Positions 1-13,281 of a stretch of DNA of 64,000 nucleotides are shown in pieces (positions within the stretch are counted from its first letter, which is position 1; every line of letters begins with the position of its first letter). Under the pieces are notes generated by a model. That model did not search any database and had not been told where the DNA came from. It saw only the letters and a list, made by a program, of their open reading frames with translations. This DNA comes from Octopus vulgaris. Lineage: Eukaryota. The stretch lies in NCBI GenBank assembly GCA_951406725.2, contig OX597820.1:104346001-104410000 (forward strand). Reading direction: 5' to 3'. The position numbers and the translations under genes are program-made.

Positions 1-3000
1 TCTGTTACTCATTCAATAGATAAATTCTGAAAATATTCTGTAGTATATTTGATCTTCAATTCTAGTAAAGACTGTTTGTGTATTACAGAATAATGATATT
101 AATAATAATTAACTCTTCTGATAATCATATTCAATCTTGAAGGGTTTTCAGCAATTATATTTAATGAAATAGAACATTAATTCTGAATAAAAACTGATTT
201 CTATTTTATCAGTAACCTTTTCTGCTATACATATTGGTTATGTAAGCTGTTGACAAAGTATTGTTTATGCTGAAGTCAATTTGATTGACTTATAGATCAA
301 AACTTTCCAGCTATGGCCACCTCTACTATTTTTCGGGCATAACATACTTTGGACAGCTCTGTACAATGTCTTTTTTTAAGACAATAGAGTATATAATTTG
401 AGGGTGATTTGGTTGCTGTTTCTAACATGTTGAATAAGTACGGATACAGAACTTATGAAACAGTTATCCTATATTTTCTTTAATATTTCAGACCAGAAAT
501 AAAATTATATATTTTCTATTGGTTGAATTAAAACTTTTGTCAATTTTCCCATGAAAACCTTGTTTTTAATCAATTCTTCACTAAAACACAAGTTTCCTTT
601 TTATACAGTAATCTATTCACCTAGTTTACCTTGGCATTTCATGATCTGTGTGAGTTAAATATTGTTCACCTATTTGAAAACCAGTCCATTTGTAACACTA
701 GACAGAGTAGCAACACTTCAAATTAAGGATACTTTTCCAAAAGTAAATAATCTATTTTTTTGGAATGTGTTTCAATATCAGAAAACCAATGTGTATCTTA
801 TGTATTTCAAGTGGTCTACTCAAAGTATACAATTTGATAGATGCATTTGTATTGCATCATAAATGTTCTGGACTTATGGCGTAGAATAAACCATTTTGCA
901 GCTGCACTGTGTTGGTGAAGTATTTGAAAAATTATGGGACTTGGGCCTTATCTAACTCCAGCAATCAAAACTCTAAGGCCATAACTATAGCTATTGTCCT
1001 GTATTCATTCAAATCTTCCCTACTTGCTAGCTTTTCTTTTTAATTTTTACTTCAGTGCAACTTATATTATTGGAGTTTTCTTAAACTCTTAACTTAAATG
1101 AAGGTAAGTGTTAAATGCAATTAATTTAACCTGCTTTATTGATGATTATCTTGATGATTATCTTGTTTTTAATGCTTTTTTAAAGACCATTTTATTGAAT
1201 GACTTGATCTCCAAATGTGCCTACTTATTAACAAAGTTAAAGAATCTTGTTTTTTTTTTCCCCCTACTTATTGAATTCAAACCGAGAAGTAGGTTTTCAT
1301 TTTGGCTATGAAATAACGTCTGTAGCCAGGCTGTTTTTTCATTCAAGATTCTTTCCAGCTTGCGATGTCTTCAAATTACCTCCCTTGCTTCATACCTTCT
1401 TTTTAACAACTTTACTATACCACGCCGCACTCACTACAAAGTTGATTTCATAACATTATCCTAACCATCAGAATTTTTCTGCTCCTCACATCATGTGTCA
1501 TTTTACACTAAATGTTAGCATATGAGTACTATTGTTGCCTGCTACATAGCTATGATGGGCAAGGTGCTCAAAATCTAAGATAAATTCTTATCAGATATAC
1601 TGCAGTAGAAGAGTTAACATACACGATTAGTTTTATTTGTGTGAATTTAGATCTATAATTACAAAACATATTTTGGATAGAAATTGAAAGTAATCACTTC
1701 TAGTATGAAATGGTTTCATATGTTGTATGGAAAGTACATTTGTGGTGACTATGACCTCTGTTGGCTTCCTATGTGATGTGTACTTATATACGATTTGTGA
1801 GAAATTTAACCAACTAGTATTTTACTCCTGTTAGCAGTGAAGCTTTATGTTTGTGTGTATGCTTAATTGAATGGAATATTTTTTAAACTCAGTCATTAGC
1901 TCTTGCTTTAGGGCAGAACAGCTAACAAGGATAATGACTGAAAACAGATAAAGAAACACGTAATCTTATGGATAACTAAATAGGCAAGAGTTTATAGTTT
2001 TCCCCATAAGCCTGTGGATTGTGTAATTTTTCTTTTAAAATCTTTTGCTGATAATTAAATTCAGTTATGATCAAGCTTACTCTGAATTACAGAAAATGCT
2101 GTGATATCAAATGCGATAAATATTGGTAGATGATTTAATTTCTGTGATGCAATATTTTAATATTTACTGAATAATTCAGGGTTATTTTCTCAGGTGTAGA
2201 AAAGTTCTAGTGTAATGCTGATTTCTACTAATAAAACAAATACTTGCTATTTATTTGTTGGAAAAATGTCCAAAAAATTGGACTTTACTTGGAAAGCTAT
2301 CAACTTGGTGTGTAGTATCATTTCAGATGTTTACTCACTTGAGTTTATAAGCTGAACTATAAATTATATTATCATGAGTTTATACCTTGCTAAAGCAATA
2401 TTTTATAGCCCATGAGCAAAACACATTTCTCAGTTTGGTTGGATGTCTCGTATTGTTTATATAGGCAAACCTTTTCCATCTGTGGTATCACAAACAAAAT
2501 ATACACTACTCTTACTGAAGTAGTATAGTCTTCCATTCAATATAATCTGTATTTTTCTCATTATCTGAGTTACATATTAGCAGCATGGCTCCCTTATCTT
2601 CAAAACTTTCAGCAAAATGAAAAACAAAACAACATAGAAATAACAACATTCTACAGGTGTTTCTGTTTTTGAATCCTTTCAAATGCAATGCTGTTAATAC
2701 ATTCAAAACTGCTGTTTAAAATGAGGCCAACAGTTTTTATTTATTAAATACAGCCTTAAATATATCTTTGACTAAATGTACTATATCTTGTCTTCATTTA
2801 AACCGTGGTTTACCTTCTTCCTCCAGGAAACTTATATTTTCTTTGCTTAGTATACATGTTTAAAAATTCCTATTTTTCAGGGTAATATTTCAATATTGTC
2901 CTGATATCACCACCTCACAACATACCTCCTCGTGCTTCTCCCATCAACAGCATTCTTTTCTTGCTTGTCTTTTTAAGATTCCATAATTTTAAATAGATTG

Positions 3001-4578
3001 CCTGGGTGCATGAATTCAAAATCAGATATCATTTTATGATAAATTTGAAATACTATATATGAGAATTTTTTTTTTATAAATTAAAATCAGGTGCATATAT
3101 ATATTTTAATTGATAAAAATTTACCTCAATTTTGTACATTACTTGTAAAGCTGTCAAACTGATGCACTAAACTGATGATTTGTGGGACAACTGTGACAGT
3201 TTGAGGATGCTGTATTTGTACTTAGTGGGAAAGTTGTTAGTGTGATGATCTGAGAATGTTTTTTTTTAGCTTGTTTTATTTTCTATTTTCATGTACCTTT
3301 ATTCTGGACAAGATACTGGGAATGACTAGACTAAACTATACAACAAATGAAAAAAAAAATTTCCTCTGTGTAACAGGCAATTTGAATTTTGTGTACAAAA
3401 TTCCAATGAATAAAAAGGGTTTTTGGTAATGGATTAAATTTAAGCTTATCTCGATAGGGTTTACAAGATATTCATTGAGCTAGCTCATTGGCAACATTTT
3501 TTAAATGAATTGTGGCTAGATGGGGGATTTTTAAACTTGTAATTGTAAAAATAAGCATTTGTGCCTAAAAAAATTCTAGGTTATTTCTGGTTTGTGGTAA
3601 ACTTGGACGTAATGGTTTGAAAATAATGAAAAAAGTAATTTTGCAGTGTGTGGGAGGTAAATTCATTTTTGGTACCCTAAATTATTATTAATTTTGCATG
3701 TATAATAAGCATGCTTCTGCATGGAGGTTAGGTGGGTTGGTGGGTGGGTAATTCATTAGTTTCATTTTATCTCGTCAATACATGAATTTGTAAACACATC
3801 TTCCATGTGGATTCAATAGTTGCTGTGGATGGAATACCAAGCAGTTTGATCTAGCATTAAACTGTTCACCTTGATTTGCATTGCAACCTTGGGCAGAATG
3901 AAACTGTTTTTAGGAAATGGTAATGATGTGAGTACTTTCTTCCCTGCCTTTGTTTCACATATTCTCATCGTTTTTACTCAATATGTTTACATGCATATTT
4001 GTTAATAGGAAACTTTGAAAAAATCTGCTACCTATTTGGAGTTTTACTAAAATTTCTTCATGAAGTGCAGGGGATAAGGAATTATAAAAATGTTTCTGGG
4101 AGTAAACTCTGAATATGATTGATTTCACAACCTTTTTTTTTTTTCCTTGGTTACTTTTGTTTGTATAAATGGGTAAGTTGTGTGGAAGAAAGGGATGGTA
4201 CTGTCAGTGTGTAAATTGCACATGGGTGGAAAATAGGATGTTTTGTGGGTGATTATGAAATCTTAACTTTTATTACAATGCTTTTTCTCAAACAAAATTT
4301 ATTGTAAATTATGTTTTTGTATTAACTGAGGAAAGATTTTGTTTAACACTATACTAATATATTAAATTTTTTTCCATTCTGAAGATGTTGCTTTAGTTTG
4401 AAAAATAATTAGAAAAATAACCAGAACTATTATATTTTTGATTTCATTTGTAAATTAAACTCTATATGGATGGTTCTTGTTAGCACTGATTCAAATAAAA
4501 AAAAAACAGTTATATTTATGCAATATTAAAATTTACTGTTTCAAAAGAAGTCAAAAATTATTTCTTTATCTTATCAAG

Positions 4579-4982
4579 GTTGGGATATCTCATCTGCCAA
4601 CGTAGCTGATGCAATGGAGAGAGCTCAAGTTCTAGATTACAATTTACAGGTACAAGTGAGACCGCATCTTGAAGGAATTCGTCCGAGACCTTCCGTTTAC
4701 ATGCCTGACTTCATAGCAGCTAACCAAGAAGCACGGGCCAATAATGTATTATCTGGTACAAAGCAGGAAATGTTGGAACAACTACGGAAAGATATTCGTT
4801 CCTTTAAAGAAAATAATACTATTGATAAGGTCATTGTTCTCTGGACAGCTAACACTGAAAGGTTTTGTGATGTTCGTCTTGGACTAAATGACACTGCAGA
4901 TACCCTAATAAAGAGCATCCGTAACAATGAAAGTGAAGTGTCACCATCCACATTGTTTGCTGTTGCCAGTATTTTGGAAGGA
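4579..4982 (+). CDS. ISYNA1: Myo-inositol-1-phosphate synthase, internal coding exon (upstream exons not found in window)
   Basis: Acceptor AG at 4577-4578. Reads (G)WDISSANVADAMERAQVLD...LWTANTERF...SPSTLFAVASILEG, then donor GTAAGT at 4983. GWDIS and LWTANTERF are hallmark MIPS motifs. Confidence 0.95.
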
Positions 4983-5154
4983 GTAAGTTTCTTTTTTTTT
5001 TTCCTTTTGTTACTCTCGTTAAAATTGATAACTACATTTCTCCTCTACAAGACACCCGTGCTTGTCCTGTCATACCTTACCTTCTCAACATCTGGCATAA
5101 AGCCACCTCCCCACTCTCTTAAATACACCCACCCACTCAGGCAAGAGGAGTTTT

Positions 5155-5445
5155 CATCATCATCATCATCGTTTAACGTCCGCTTTCCATGCTAGCATGG
5201 GTTGGACGGTTCAACTGGGGTCTGGGAAGCCAGAAGGCTGCGCCAGGTCCAGTCTGATCTGGCAGTGTTTCTACGGCTGGATGCCCTTCCTAACGCCAAC
5301 CACTCCGTGAGTGTAGTGGGTGCTTTTTACGTGCCACCTGCATAGGTGCCAGACGAGGCTGGCAAATGGCCACGATCGGATGGTGCTTTTTACGTACCAC
5401 CGGCACGGAGGCCAGATGACGGCCACAATCGGATGGTGCATTTTA
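5155..5445 (-). mobile_element. SINE-like interspersed repeat with (GAT)n tail in an ISYNA1 intron; related pieces at ~5757-5850, 6255-6465, 9885-9955, 10208-10310
   Basis: (CAT)n run followed by ccatgctagcatgggtt...ggatgcccttcctaacgccaacc. The internal unit gtgctttttacgtgccaccggcac recurs at 6255-6465. Confidence 0.6.
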
Positions 5446-7522
5446 TAAAAATTACTTGGTGTCTTCACTAGTGCTAGGGGCATGAAAACTGCACCCCATA
5501 CACACTGTAAAGTGATTAGCATTAGGAAAGGCATCCAACTGTAGAAACCATATCAAAGCTGACATTGTAGCTTGATGCAGTCCTGCAGCTTGTTGGACCA
5601 TGTCACATTCCACACTAAAGTGTCCACTATTCATAATTATGTCTGTACTTTAGAACTAAATCTCTTTTATTGGTTATCTCATTACACTGATTTTTTTCAC
5701 CTTCAGAGTTTATAAGTTTTGTGACAATTTACTTCTTGTGCAATTTTCATATCTTGTTTTTCATGCTAGCATGGGTTAGGTGAATATGTTATTTATTGAG
5801 ACATTATTTCATAATCAGATTGCCCTTCCTGTCACTAATCTTTACTTGCTTTTCAAGTAAGGGTTTTCTTATTCTACATGGCTTCGAAAGTGTGAAGGTG
5901 TTGACAGAAGAGTTGACAACCACTACAGCACTGCCCATCACAACTTTGATTCATGTGTGTGATTGTATGTAATCACAAACATAAATATTATGTATTGGTT
6001 GTCAAGTGGTGATGGTGGGGACAAACAGACACAAAGACACACACATAGATACATACATACATACATGTGTGTTTGTGTGTCATACATGTATGTATGACAG
6101 GCTTCTTTCAGTTTCTGTCTACTAAATCCACTTGGAGGCTATAGTAGAAGACACTTCCCCAAGGCACCATGCAATGGGATTGAACCCAGAACCATGTGGT
6201 TGGGAAGCAAGTTTCTAATAACACAGCCATGACTGTGCATATGTAAAAAGCACCGTCCGAATGTGGCAGATGCCAGCACTGCCAACCACTCTGTGAGTGT
6301 AGTGGGTGTTTTTTACGTGCCACCGGCACAGGGGCCAGAGCAGGCTGGCAAGCGGCCACGATCGGTTGGTGCTTTTACGTGTCACCAACACGGACGCCAG
6401 TCAGGCAGCGCTGGCATCTGCCACGTTCGGACGGTGCTTTTTACGTGTCACCGGCACGGGTGTCTTAACTACAATTTCCATTTGAATTTTTAAAACAGTA
6501 TTCTTTCAGTTTCCAAATCAGCTCACATGGCTTCCAAGCTACAGCAGAAAACACCTGTCTAAGGTACCATCCAATAGAACTGAATTCCAAATCACCTGTT
6601 TGGGAAGTGAGCTTTTTAACCATACAGCCATGCCTGGTACATTTCATATTTGGTCCAATAACATTGATATACAAAATGCAAGCAGGCATTTTGCAGCATT
6701 ACTGCTGGCTGAAGATTTTTATTGACCCCCTTAAAAAGTCAGAAGTAACTGAACATGTGAGAAAAACAAAAGTTAAAAGAATCAAATATTATTTGATAGA
6801 ATTTTGCTTTAATTTTCAGAAAATTCTTCCAAATTTGTCTTCTACTCATGGGAATTCATATGACTATGAAAAAAATTGTTTTTTTTTTAATTTTTCAAAT
6901 ACTTTTTTTTTTTGAATCACAGAAATACAGATAGTCCAAATTTTTGGGTCAAATGCCAGCAATAGACCATTACATGTGTCTATGGGGAGAAAGATATTGA
7001 AAAATATTATTACGTCAGAGTAACAAACAAATGAGGAGGGCATCAGGTGGTTGTAAGATGTGCTAAAAACAATAGCTAAATAGTCATTAAATCACAAAAA
7101 TTTTTTGATGGGGTTTTTTCATAATTGCATGAATTCTCATGTGTACACCTATTCACAAAAGTTTTCTGAAAAGGTTTATATGGGGTACTTAAAACAGAAT
7201 TCTGCCTATTTTTTTTATTACTTGCCTACTTAATTACAACTCACTATGTATTGTGGTTACTGCAGTGGGTTTCCTTTGCTCTGCAGGGTGTTTCATGCAT
7301 GACTGTGAATTATAACTAAAATTCATTCACTTGTGTGATATATTTTGATAGAATTTTGATTTTTAAATCTTAATAAAAAAAAAAATTAAATGGTAAATTT
7401 GAGATTAGAAAAGTCTGTAAAAACTGGTATTGTTGTCTGTAACCATTGATGAGGTTAGAAAAGAATGTAATTAAACTTGCAACAGTGAATATAACTTCTT
7501 TCTTTTGTTTTCTTTCAAATAG

Positions 7523-7765
7523 TGCACTTATATTAATGGATCCCCACAGAACACATTTGTTCCTGGAGTCATTGATCTTGCCGAGAAAAAGAAAATCTTT
7601 ATTGCTGGTGATGACTTCAAATCTGGTCAGACAAAGTTAAAATCTGTATTGGTAGATTTTCTTGTTAGTGCCGGCATCAAACCTGTATCTGTGGTCAGTT
7701 ACAACCATCTTGGGAATAATGATGGCAAAAATCTCTCTGTTCAAAAAACATTCCGATCAAAAGAG
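7523..7765 (+). CDS. ISYNA1: Myo-inositol-1-phosphate synthase, internal coding exon (243 nt, phase 0)
   Basis: Polypyrimidine tract and AG at 7521-7522. Reads [15 protein letters not shown]...[10 protein letters not shown]...[10 protein letters not shown]...FRSKE, then donor GT at 7766. [11 protein letters not shown] and [10 protein letters not shown] are conserved MIPS motifs. Confidence 0.96.
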
Positions 7766-7803
7766 GTAAAAAATCTATGGTTTATTTTTTTTATTTTGTA
7801 CTT

Positions 7804-8000
7804 TATTATTACCTCTGTCTTAGCAAAGGCGAAGATATTGTTTTCAGTCATGTTTGTTTGTATGTCCATGAACAAGATATCTCAAGAACCGCTGGATGGA
7901 TTCAGATGAAATTTTCAGGGATGTTTGCTCTTGTGATTGGCACAGTCTCATTAGATTTTGGGATCAATCTGGTACCAGACAAGGATTCTGTATTATTTTT
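7804..8000 (+). mobile_element. DINE-1/HINE-like non-autonomous Helentron fragment in intron
   Basis: Layout ttattacctc...gttttc...gtttgtttgtatgtcc...aagatatctcaagaaccgctggatggattcagatgaaatt is typical of DINE-1/pearl-like elements. Confidence 0.5.
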
Positions 8001-8564
8001 CCCCAGTGACTCTAAAATCTTTTTAATAGCCAGAGCTTATAGCTTCTTTAAACTTAAGTTTAAATCTATCCCCAAACCTAAGAGTTTATTTCTGATTGCA
8101 GTGAGTTTAAAGAGATATTTGTTGGTTCAATTCCAAGTAAAGCTATCTAGTGATATGTAAAGTAAATCTGCTAAAAGGTTTGTTCAAAGAAAACTAGTTT
8201 AAGGTTACCTTGTTGTTCATTTACAGGTCAGCTTTAAGAGGACCTACTGGTCAGACATTTCAGCTATTTGCCACCATAGGTAATATCAGGAAATACGAAA
8301 TTATAATGTAACTTAATTTCTTGATGCTTAGACAAAAAGATGCAATGAATGCTAACTTTCAAAAGAAAATTATTTATTACCTTAAAAATAACATTAAATA
8401 AAACAAATTTCTCATTTGTATAACTCCTCTCTAAACTAGATTTGATAATGTTAGAATTTCTTTTATCTCTCTTTTTTTATATTATTTTTGTGGTTGAATA
8501 TAATGTAAATAATATTCACCTTGACTGTTATTAACACATAAAAATTTATTTTCTCTTATTGCAG

Positions 8565-9110
8565 GTATCTAAAAGTAATGTGGTTGATGATATGGTGAAA
8601 TCTAATCCAATTTTGTACAAGGGCCAGGACTCTCCTGATCATACAGTTGTGATCAAATATGTACCTTATGTGGGAGACAGTAAACGAGCAATGGATGAGT
8701 ACACCTCAGAAATTATGATGGGTGGTCTCAATACTTTAGTTATACACAACACCTGCGAAGATTCTCTATTGGCTACCCCTCTTATCCTTGATCTGGTTAT
8801 TATTTCAGAACTTTGCGAGCGTATTCAATTCCGAGTGGCTGATGAACCAAACTTCCAAAGTTTCAATTCAATCCTTTCTATTCTGAGCTATTTGTGCAAA
8901 GCACCACTAGTACCCAAGAATACACCACTTGTTAATTCTTTATTCCGTCAGAGAGCCTGTATTGAAAATGTCTTCAGAGCTTGCATAGGTCTTGCCCCTC
9001 TTAACAATATGATGCTGGAATTCAAGCACCAGAATATATTTTTTGAAGAATATTGCAAAGAGTTTTCAACCAAAGAGAAAACAGACCATTCCTTTATAAA
9101 TGGTAGTTGA
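8565..9110 (+). CDS. ISYNA1: Myo-inositol-1-phosphate synthase, last coding exon
   Basis: Acceptor ttgcag ends at 8564. Reads [10 protein letters not shown]...[16 protein letters not shown]...[10 protein letters not shown]...KAP, with stop TGA at 9108-9110. In frame with the previous exon. Confidence 0.96.
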   Translation, partial: VSKSNVVDDMVKSNPILYKGQDSPDHTVVIKYVPYVGDSKRAMDEYTSEIMMGGLNTLVIHNTCEDSLLATPLILDLVIISELCERIQFRVADEPNFQSFNSILSILSYLCKAPLVPKNTPLVNSLFRQRACIENVFRACIGLAPLNNMMLEFKHQNIFFEEYCKEFSTKEKTDHSFINGS

Positions 9111-9422
9111 AAAAGAGACTATGATACTGATTTTGTACTCTGATTTTAGAGTTCTTCATTCATGTGCCTCTGCAAATGACGTGTGGAAATGTTTCTATCA
9201 TAATTTTGTATTGACATTATTTTATTTATGTGTTAGTTATTTTCAAAATGAATTTCTTTGTTTATCAATTTGTCACTTCCATACATGTGACTGGCTGATA
9301 CTATCCACTCTTTGTAGTCCACTAGCTTCTCCTAGACATAGATTGCATGAGGCAGTCCTTGTACAGCTTCCTTGTGAATAACTGTTTCAATTAATGACAA
9401 TCTATATGATAACTATGCATTT

Positions 9423-9497
9423 AATAAAGTCACTAAGTTATAGTCTGGTGAAGATAGCCTAATTTCATGTATCATTGTATCAGATTTGGTAAATAAA
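9423..9497 (+). promoter_or_regulatory. Candidate polyadenylation signals of ISYNA1 (AATAAA at 9423 and 9492)
   Basis: Two AATAAA hexamers 310-390 nt after the stop codon, followed by GT/T-rich sequence. Confidence 0.5.
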
Positions 9498-9579
9498 AAA
9501 ATTTATTCCTGTATTGATGCAGTTTGCTGTTGTTTAATATATTAACATTTCAAATACTAACATCATTATCATAGTTTTA

Positions 9580-9877
9580 ACTAGCAGTATCGCCCGGCGT
9601 TGCTCGGGTTTGTAAGGGAAATAACTATATAAGCATTTTTAGAGAGTTACTTCCCTTATATAAACCGAGCAAAAAATGCATTAAAAAAACGAAAAAAATG
9701 ATGGTATATTTTTTTTTAAATCGTAGACGCGCGCTAATACCCAGAAGGGCTCGATATGAATCACGACTATAAGATACCTGCTTTTGGTTAAACTGCACCG
9801 CAAAATGTGGGAGTAGTTAGGAATCTAAATTGGAGGAGACAGACTCTCACACACACAACTTCAGTTTTATATATAAT
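9580..9877. mobile_element. Non-autonomous Helentron/Helitron-type element (copy 1)
   Basis: Starts actagcagtatcg-cccggcgttgctcggg (subterminal hairpin) and ends cacacaacttcagttttatatata. Closely related copy at 27960-28357. Confidence 0.65.
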
Positions 9878-10329
9878 GATATCTATTTTCCATGCTTGTA
9901 TGGGTCATCCAGGATTCATAGAGGCATGTTTTCTACATCCGGATGCCCTTACCTGTTTCTGAACAAAGTATCAGTTACATAGTCTGTGAAGCAACAAACA
10001 GCCTGGACATTGTTATGAGTCATTTTCTTTAGAAAGACTGTGCAGCTTGTAAGAACATGCCAAGAAACCTAGATGTGCTTTCATCTTTGACTACAAACAA
10101 ACATACAACACCACTGGCATTGAGAGCAGGACTTTTGCTTATAGAAAATGAGGGAGGAAATCTGAAATCACTCACGCAAACATGCACACATGCTCAAACA
10201 TACATGCATCATTATTTTGATGTCCACTTTCCCATGCTGACATGGGTCAGACGGAATTTGTTGAAGCAGGTTTTTTCTCTGGCTGCATGCCCTGTCTGTT
10301 ATCAACCCTCACATTGTAAACTATAGCTT

Positions 10330-11488
10330 TCCCCTAGTGTTCGTTTGTCTTTTACAGCTGCTGAAGTGGACTAAGGTGTTGTAATGGAGGCAGTCGAATG
10401 CAGATCAGTGATCAGATTCTTATACCTGAAAGGTCATACATCAAAAGAGACTTTCGATAAGATGAAAGAAGTTTATGGTGACGATGCACCATCATACGAC
10501 GTAGTCAAGTACTGGCATCGCCAGTTCAAATGTGGTCAGACATCGGTGGAAACTGCTTTTATTCCTGGACGACCACATTCCGACATTGATGACGACAGCA
10601 TCCATAAAGTGGAAGCTGCCATTTTGGAGAATCGCTGCATAACTATTTGGCAAGTAACCCAAGAAATGAAGATAGGTGGAGGGTCCGTGAGAAAAATAAT
10701 TCACGACCATTTGCACATGCGGAAGTTATCTACATGATGGATTCTCCGGACACTCGCCTTTTCAGAAGCAGGAATATGTCAATTGCTCCCAGCACTTTTG
10801 GCAATGTGCCAAGAAAACGAAGGGGTCTTTTTCGGCAGACTTATCACAGGATAAAACAGAGGTCCATCACTATGATCCTGAGACTAGAGTCCAATGGAAG
10901 CATGATAACTCACCACCTCCAAAGAAGGCTCGTGTCCAACCTTCAGCAGGCAAGGTGATGCTCACAGTCTTTTGGTGTCAGCGCGGAGTAGTGCTGATGG
11001 ATTTTCTGGTAAAGGGCACAACAATTAATGGGGCATATTACGTTTCTCTGCTGCAGAAATTGCGGGAGACCATCAAAGCAGAGAGGCGTGGCATGTTGAC
11101 CAAAGGAGTCCTCCTCCTTGTAAGACAACGCTCCACTTCACAATGCTCATGTTGCCCAGACGAAAGTACACACCTGTGGCTATGGAATCCTTCCCCACCC
11201 ACCCCCTTATTCTCCCAACCGCGCGCCATCTAACTTCCGCCTCTTTCCAACCATGAAGTCTTTCTTGAAGAAGCGCTTTATGGTTGATGAACTTATTTCC
11301 GAGGTAAAGTTTTGCCTACAGACGCAACCTACCAACTTCTACAGACGAGGTCTTCACGGCTGCATAAAGCGATGGGAGAAATGTGTCACCATTGGTGGTG
11401 GCTATGCAGAGAAGGACTAATAAAGCTTTTGTTTATCCCAGTCCTCTGGAAGTGGGTCAGGGGAAATCTTTAATGAACACCCCTCGTA
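10330..11488 (+). mobile_element. Decayed mariner (Tc1/mariner) DNA transposon; transposase pseudogene
   Basis: N-terminal HTH (RSVIRFLYLKG...VKYWHRQFKCG...GRP). Later frames give HYDPET, SAGKVMLTVFW..GV, INGAYY..LL.KLR and PYSP. Multiple frameshifts and stops. Right end gaacacccctcg-TA; left TIR not seen. Confidence 0.9.
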
Positions 11489-11499
11489 TGTATTACTCT

Positions 11500-12520
11500 T
11501 GTAGCGAACCTTACGTAAAGGAGTTGGTGACAGAAATGTCTCCTTTTAAATACCGCATGGTCACCCTCACAAAACAAAATAGCCAAATACATGGTATAAA
11601 GAATATGAGTGCCAGTAAAGAATAAAGAGAAAAATCACAACCGTTCTACTGTTTGAAAGAGAGAAAGACTTTATTTACAGAAGAGCATGTATGGGTGCTA
11701 GCTGAGTGTAGTGTCTGAGTGCATGCGACATATGTGTCTGTGTGTGTTATAAGAGTGAACATAAAGAACAAACAAGGTGTATGCATGTAAGACAAAATAC
11801 AGAGCATAGAAATGAGTCTCTCAGGATATTTCAGACAAGATGGAGTTAATCTACCAGTTCGTAGTAATGTTACACAATAATTGTAGTCCTGTACAAGAAG
11901 TTGAGGTCATAAGGCAGAACCGGTTACTACACGTGTTGTGTAGAGGTTGTGGCTATTATGCCATGCTGGGTTACTTGATACAGGAATTCTTGCAGGTAGT
12001 TATGGACTGTTAACCTTGGTGAAGTAGTCACAAACAGTGAGAAGTTAACCTGGACAAATGTTATGTACGTATCGTTGAAGTCGACGGTGGTGATGGCGAC
12101 AGTTGAGATGATAGTGACAGTGGAGAACGGTCCTGAGTTGCTGCATGTTGTCTGTCGCTGGAACTGGAACTCGCTGAGTTGCTGGAACATGGCTGAGTCG
12201 CTCTGTGGTCAGACGTTAGTCCTGAGAAGGACTAGAACCAAAGACAGAGATATCGTGAATGCTGGGGCCTTTTATAACATGCTAGAGGCTCCAGAAGAAA
12301 ATCCAAAAGACTGTGTTACGTGATCTTATTGGAAGGTTCTGATTGGTTGGTTCACACATTGGCGCGAAATAAGTCAAGAGACAAACTACGCCAATACCAA
12401 CCAATCAGAGCAGTGGACACAACAGGGTCCAAATAGTGGCCAAAAGTTAACTGTTATCTGCTACGACACTATTTCTAATATATCTCTCAAACAGTGAGGA
12501 TATCACCAAGCTACGCTATA
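11500..12520 (-). mobile_element. Solo LTR (~1.02 kb), probably Gypsy-type
   Basis: Termini TGTAGCG...CGCTA(T)A with 4-bp direct repeat CTCT at 11496-11499 and 12521-12524. Minus-strand CCAAT (~12342), TATAAAA (12270-12276) and AATAAA (11670-11675) occur in LTR order. Confidence 0.7.
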
Positions 12521-13281
12521 CTCTATTTGTATTGAGTCTACTCTGTTAGGGTGGTCATAAAACAATGAGACAACACTGCACTATAAACACATAGATGCAA
12601 ACTAATTAAACACTGCTTCTTTATAGTGCTCCTAATACATGCAATGATGAGTTTGTACATTCGCAACACACCTAAATTACAGCTAAACAAACTGAACTAA
12701 TGAGTTTAGTGTGCCATAACCACAGATATCGTACAATGCTGGTGATGATAATGATTTCATATAAAATCTTGAGCTTTCACCACTTTAGACTCTGACTCAT
12801 CATGCAGTTGTTAGTGAAACTAAATTGCTGCATTTCTGGGTTTTTTTTTTTAAACTCTGAAAAATGTAAACATATACGTGTTAGAAGTGTGGTGCGTCGT
12901 ATCAAAAGTAGCCTGATGACATAATCCTGACCCTTGTCTATATCCTGATAAAACAGTGTAGTTTGTGTAAAAAAATATATCTATAATGGTATATGTAATG
13001 TCATGAGTTGAAAAACTTGGTAACTGATTCACAAAATCTCAGCTAAAAATATGATGCAAGGGAGATAACTTAAGTAAGATTTACTGAAATTTTGAGAAAC
13101 CAAATTATGCTGACAATTGAATCCGATCTTTAATATCAACACACACACACAAATAATGATATACAGAAAGTTGGTATGGTATTCACTGTGGATATTTTTC
13201 CTTTGAACGGCAGATTGAGAAATTAATTTTTTGTAACTAAAAACTTTCAAACTTCTTGAATCTTTACCTTTTGACGTACAA

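Noticed and set aside
3172-3253. Possible intronic C/D box snoRNA (TGATGA...CTGA)
   Set aside because: Imperfect C box, no terminal stem and no recognisable rRNA guide; such motifs are frequent by chance in AT-rich DNA.
1-4578. Upstream ISYNA1 exons or another gene
   Set aside because: No MIPS N-terminal motifs (e.g. GWGGNNG) or credible exon found; treated as intron.
4983-5195. C-terminal extension of ORF 4614-5195
   Set aside because: Read-through into the intron past the GTAAGT donor; MIPS homology resumes at 7523.
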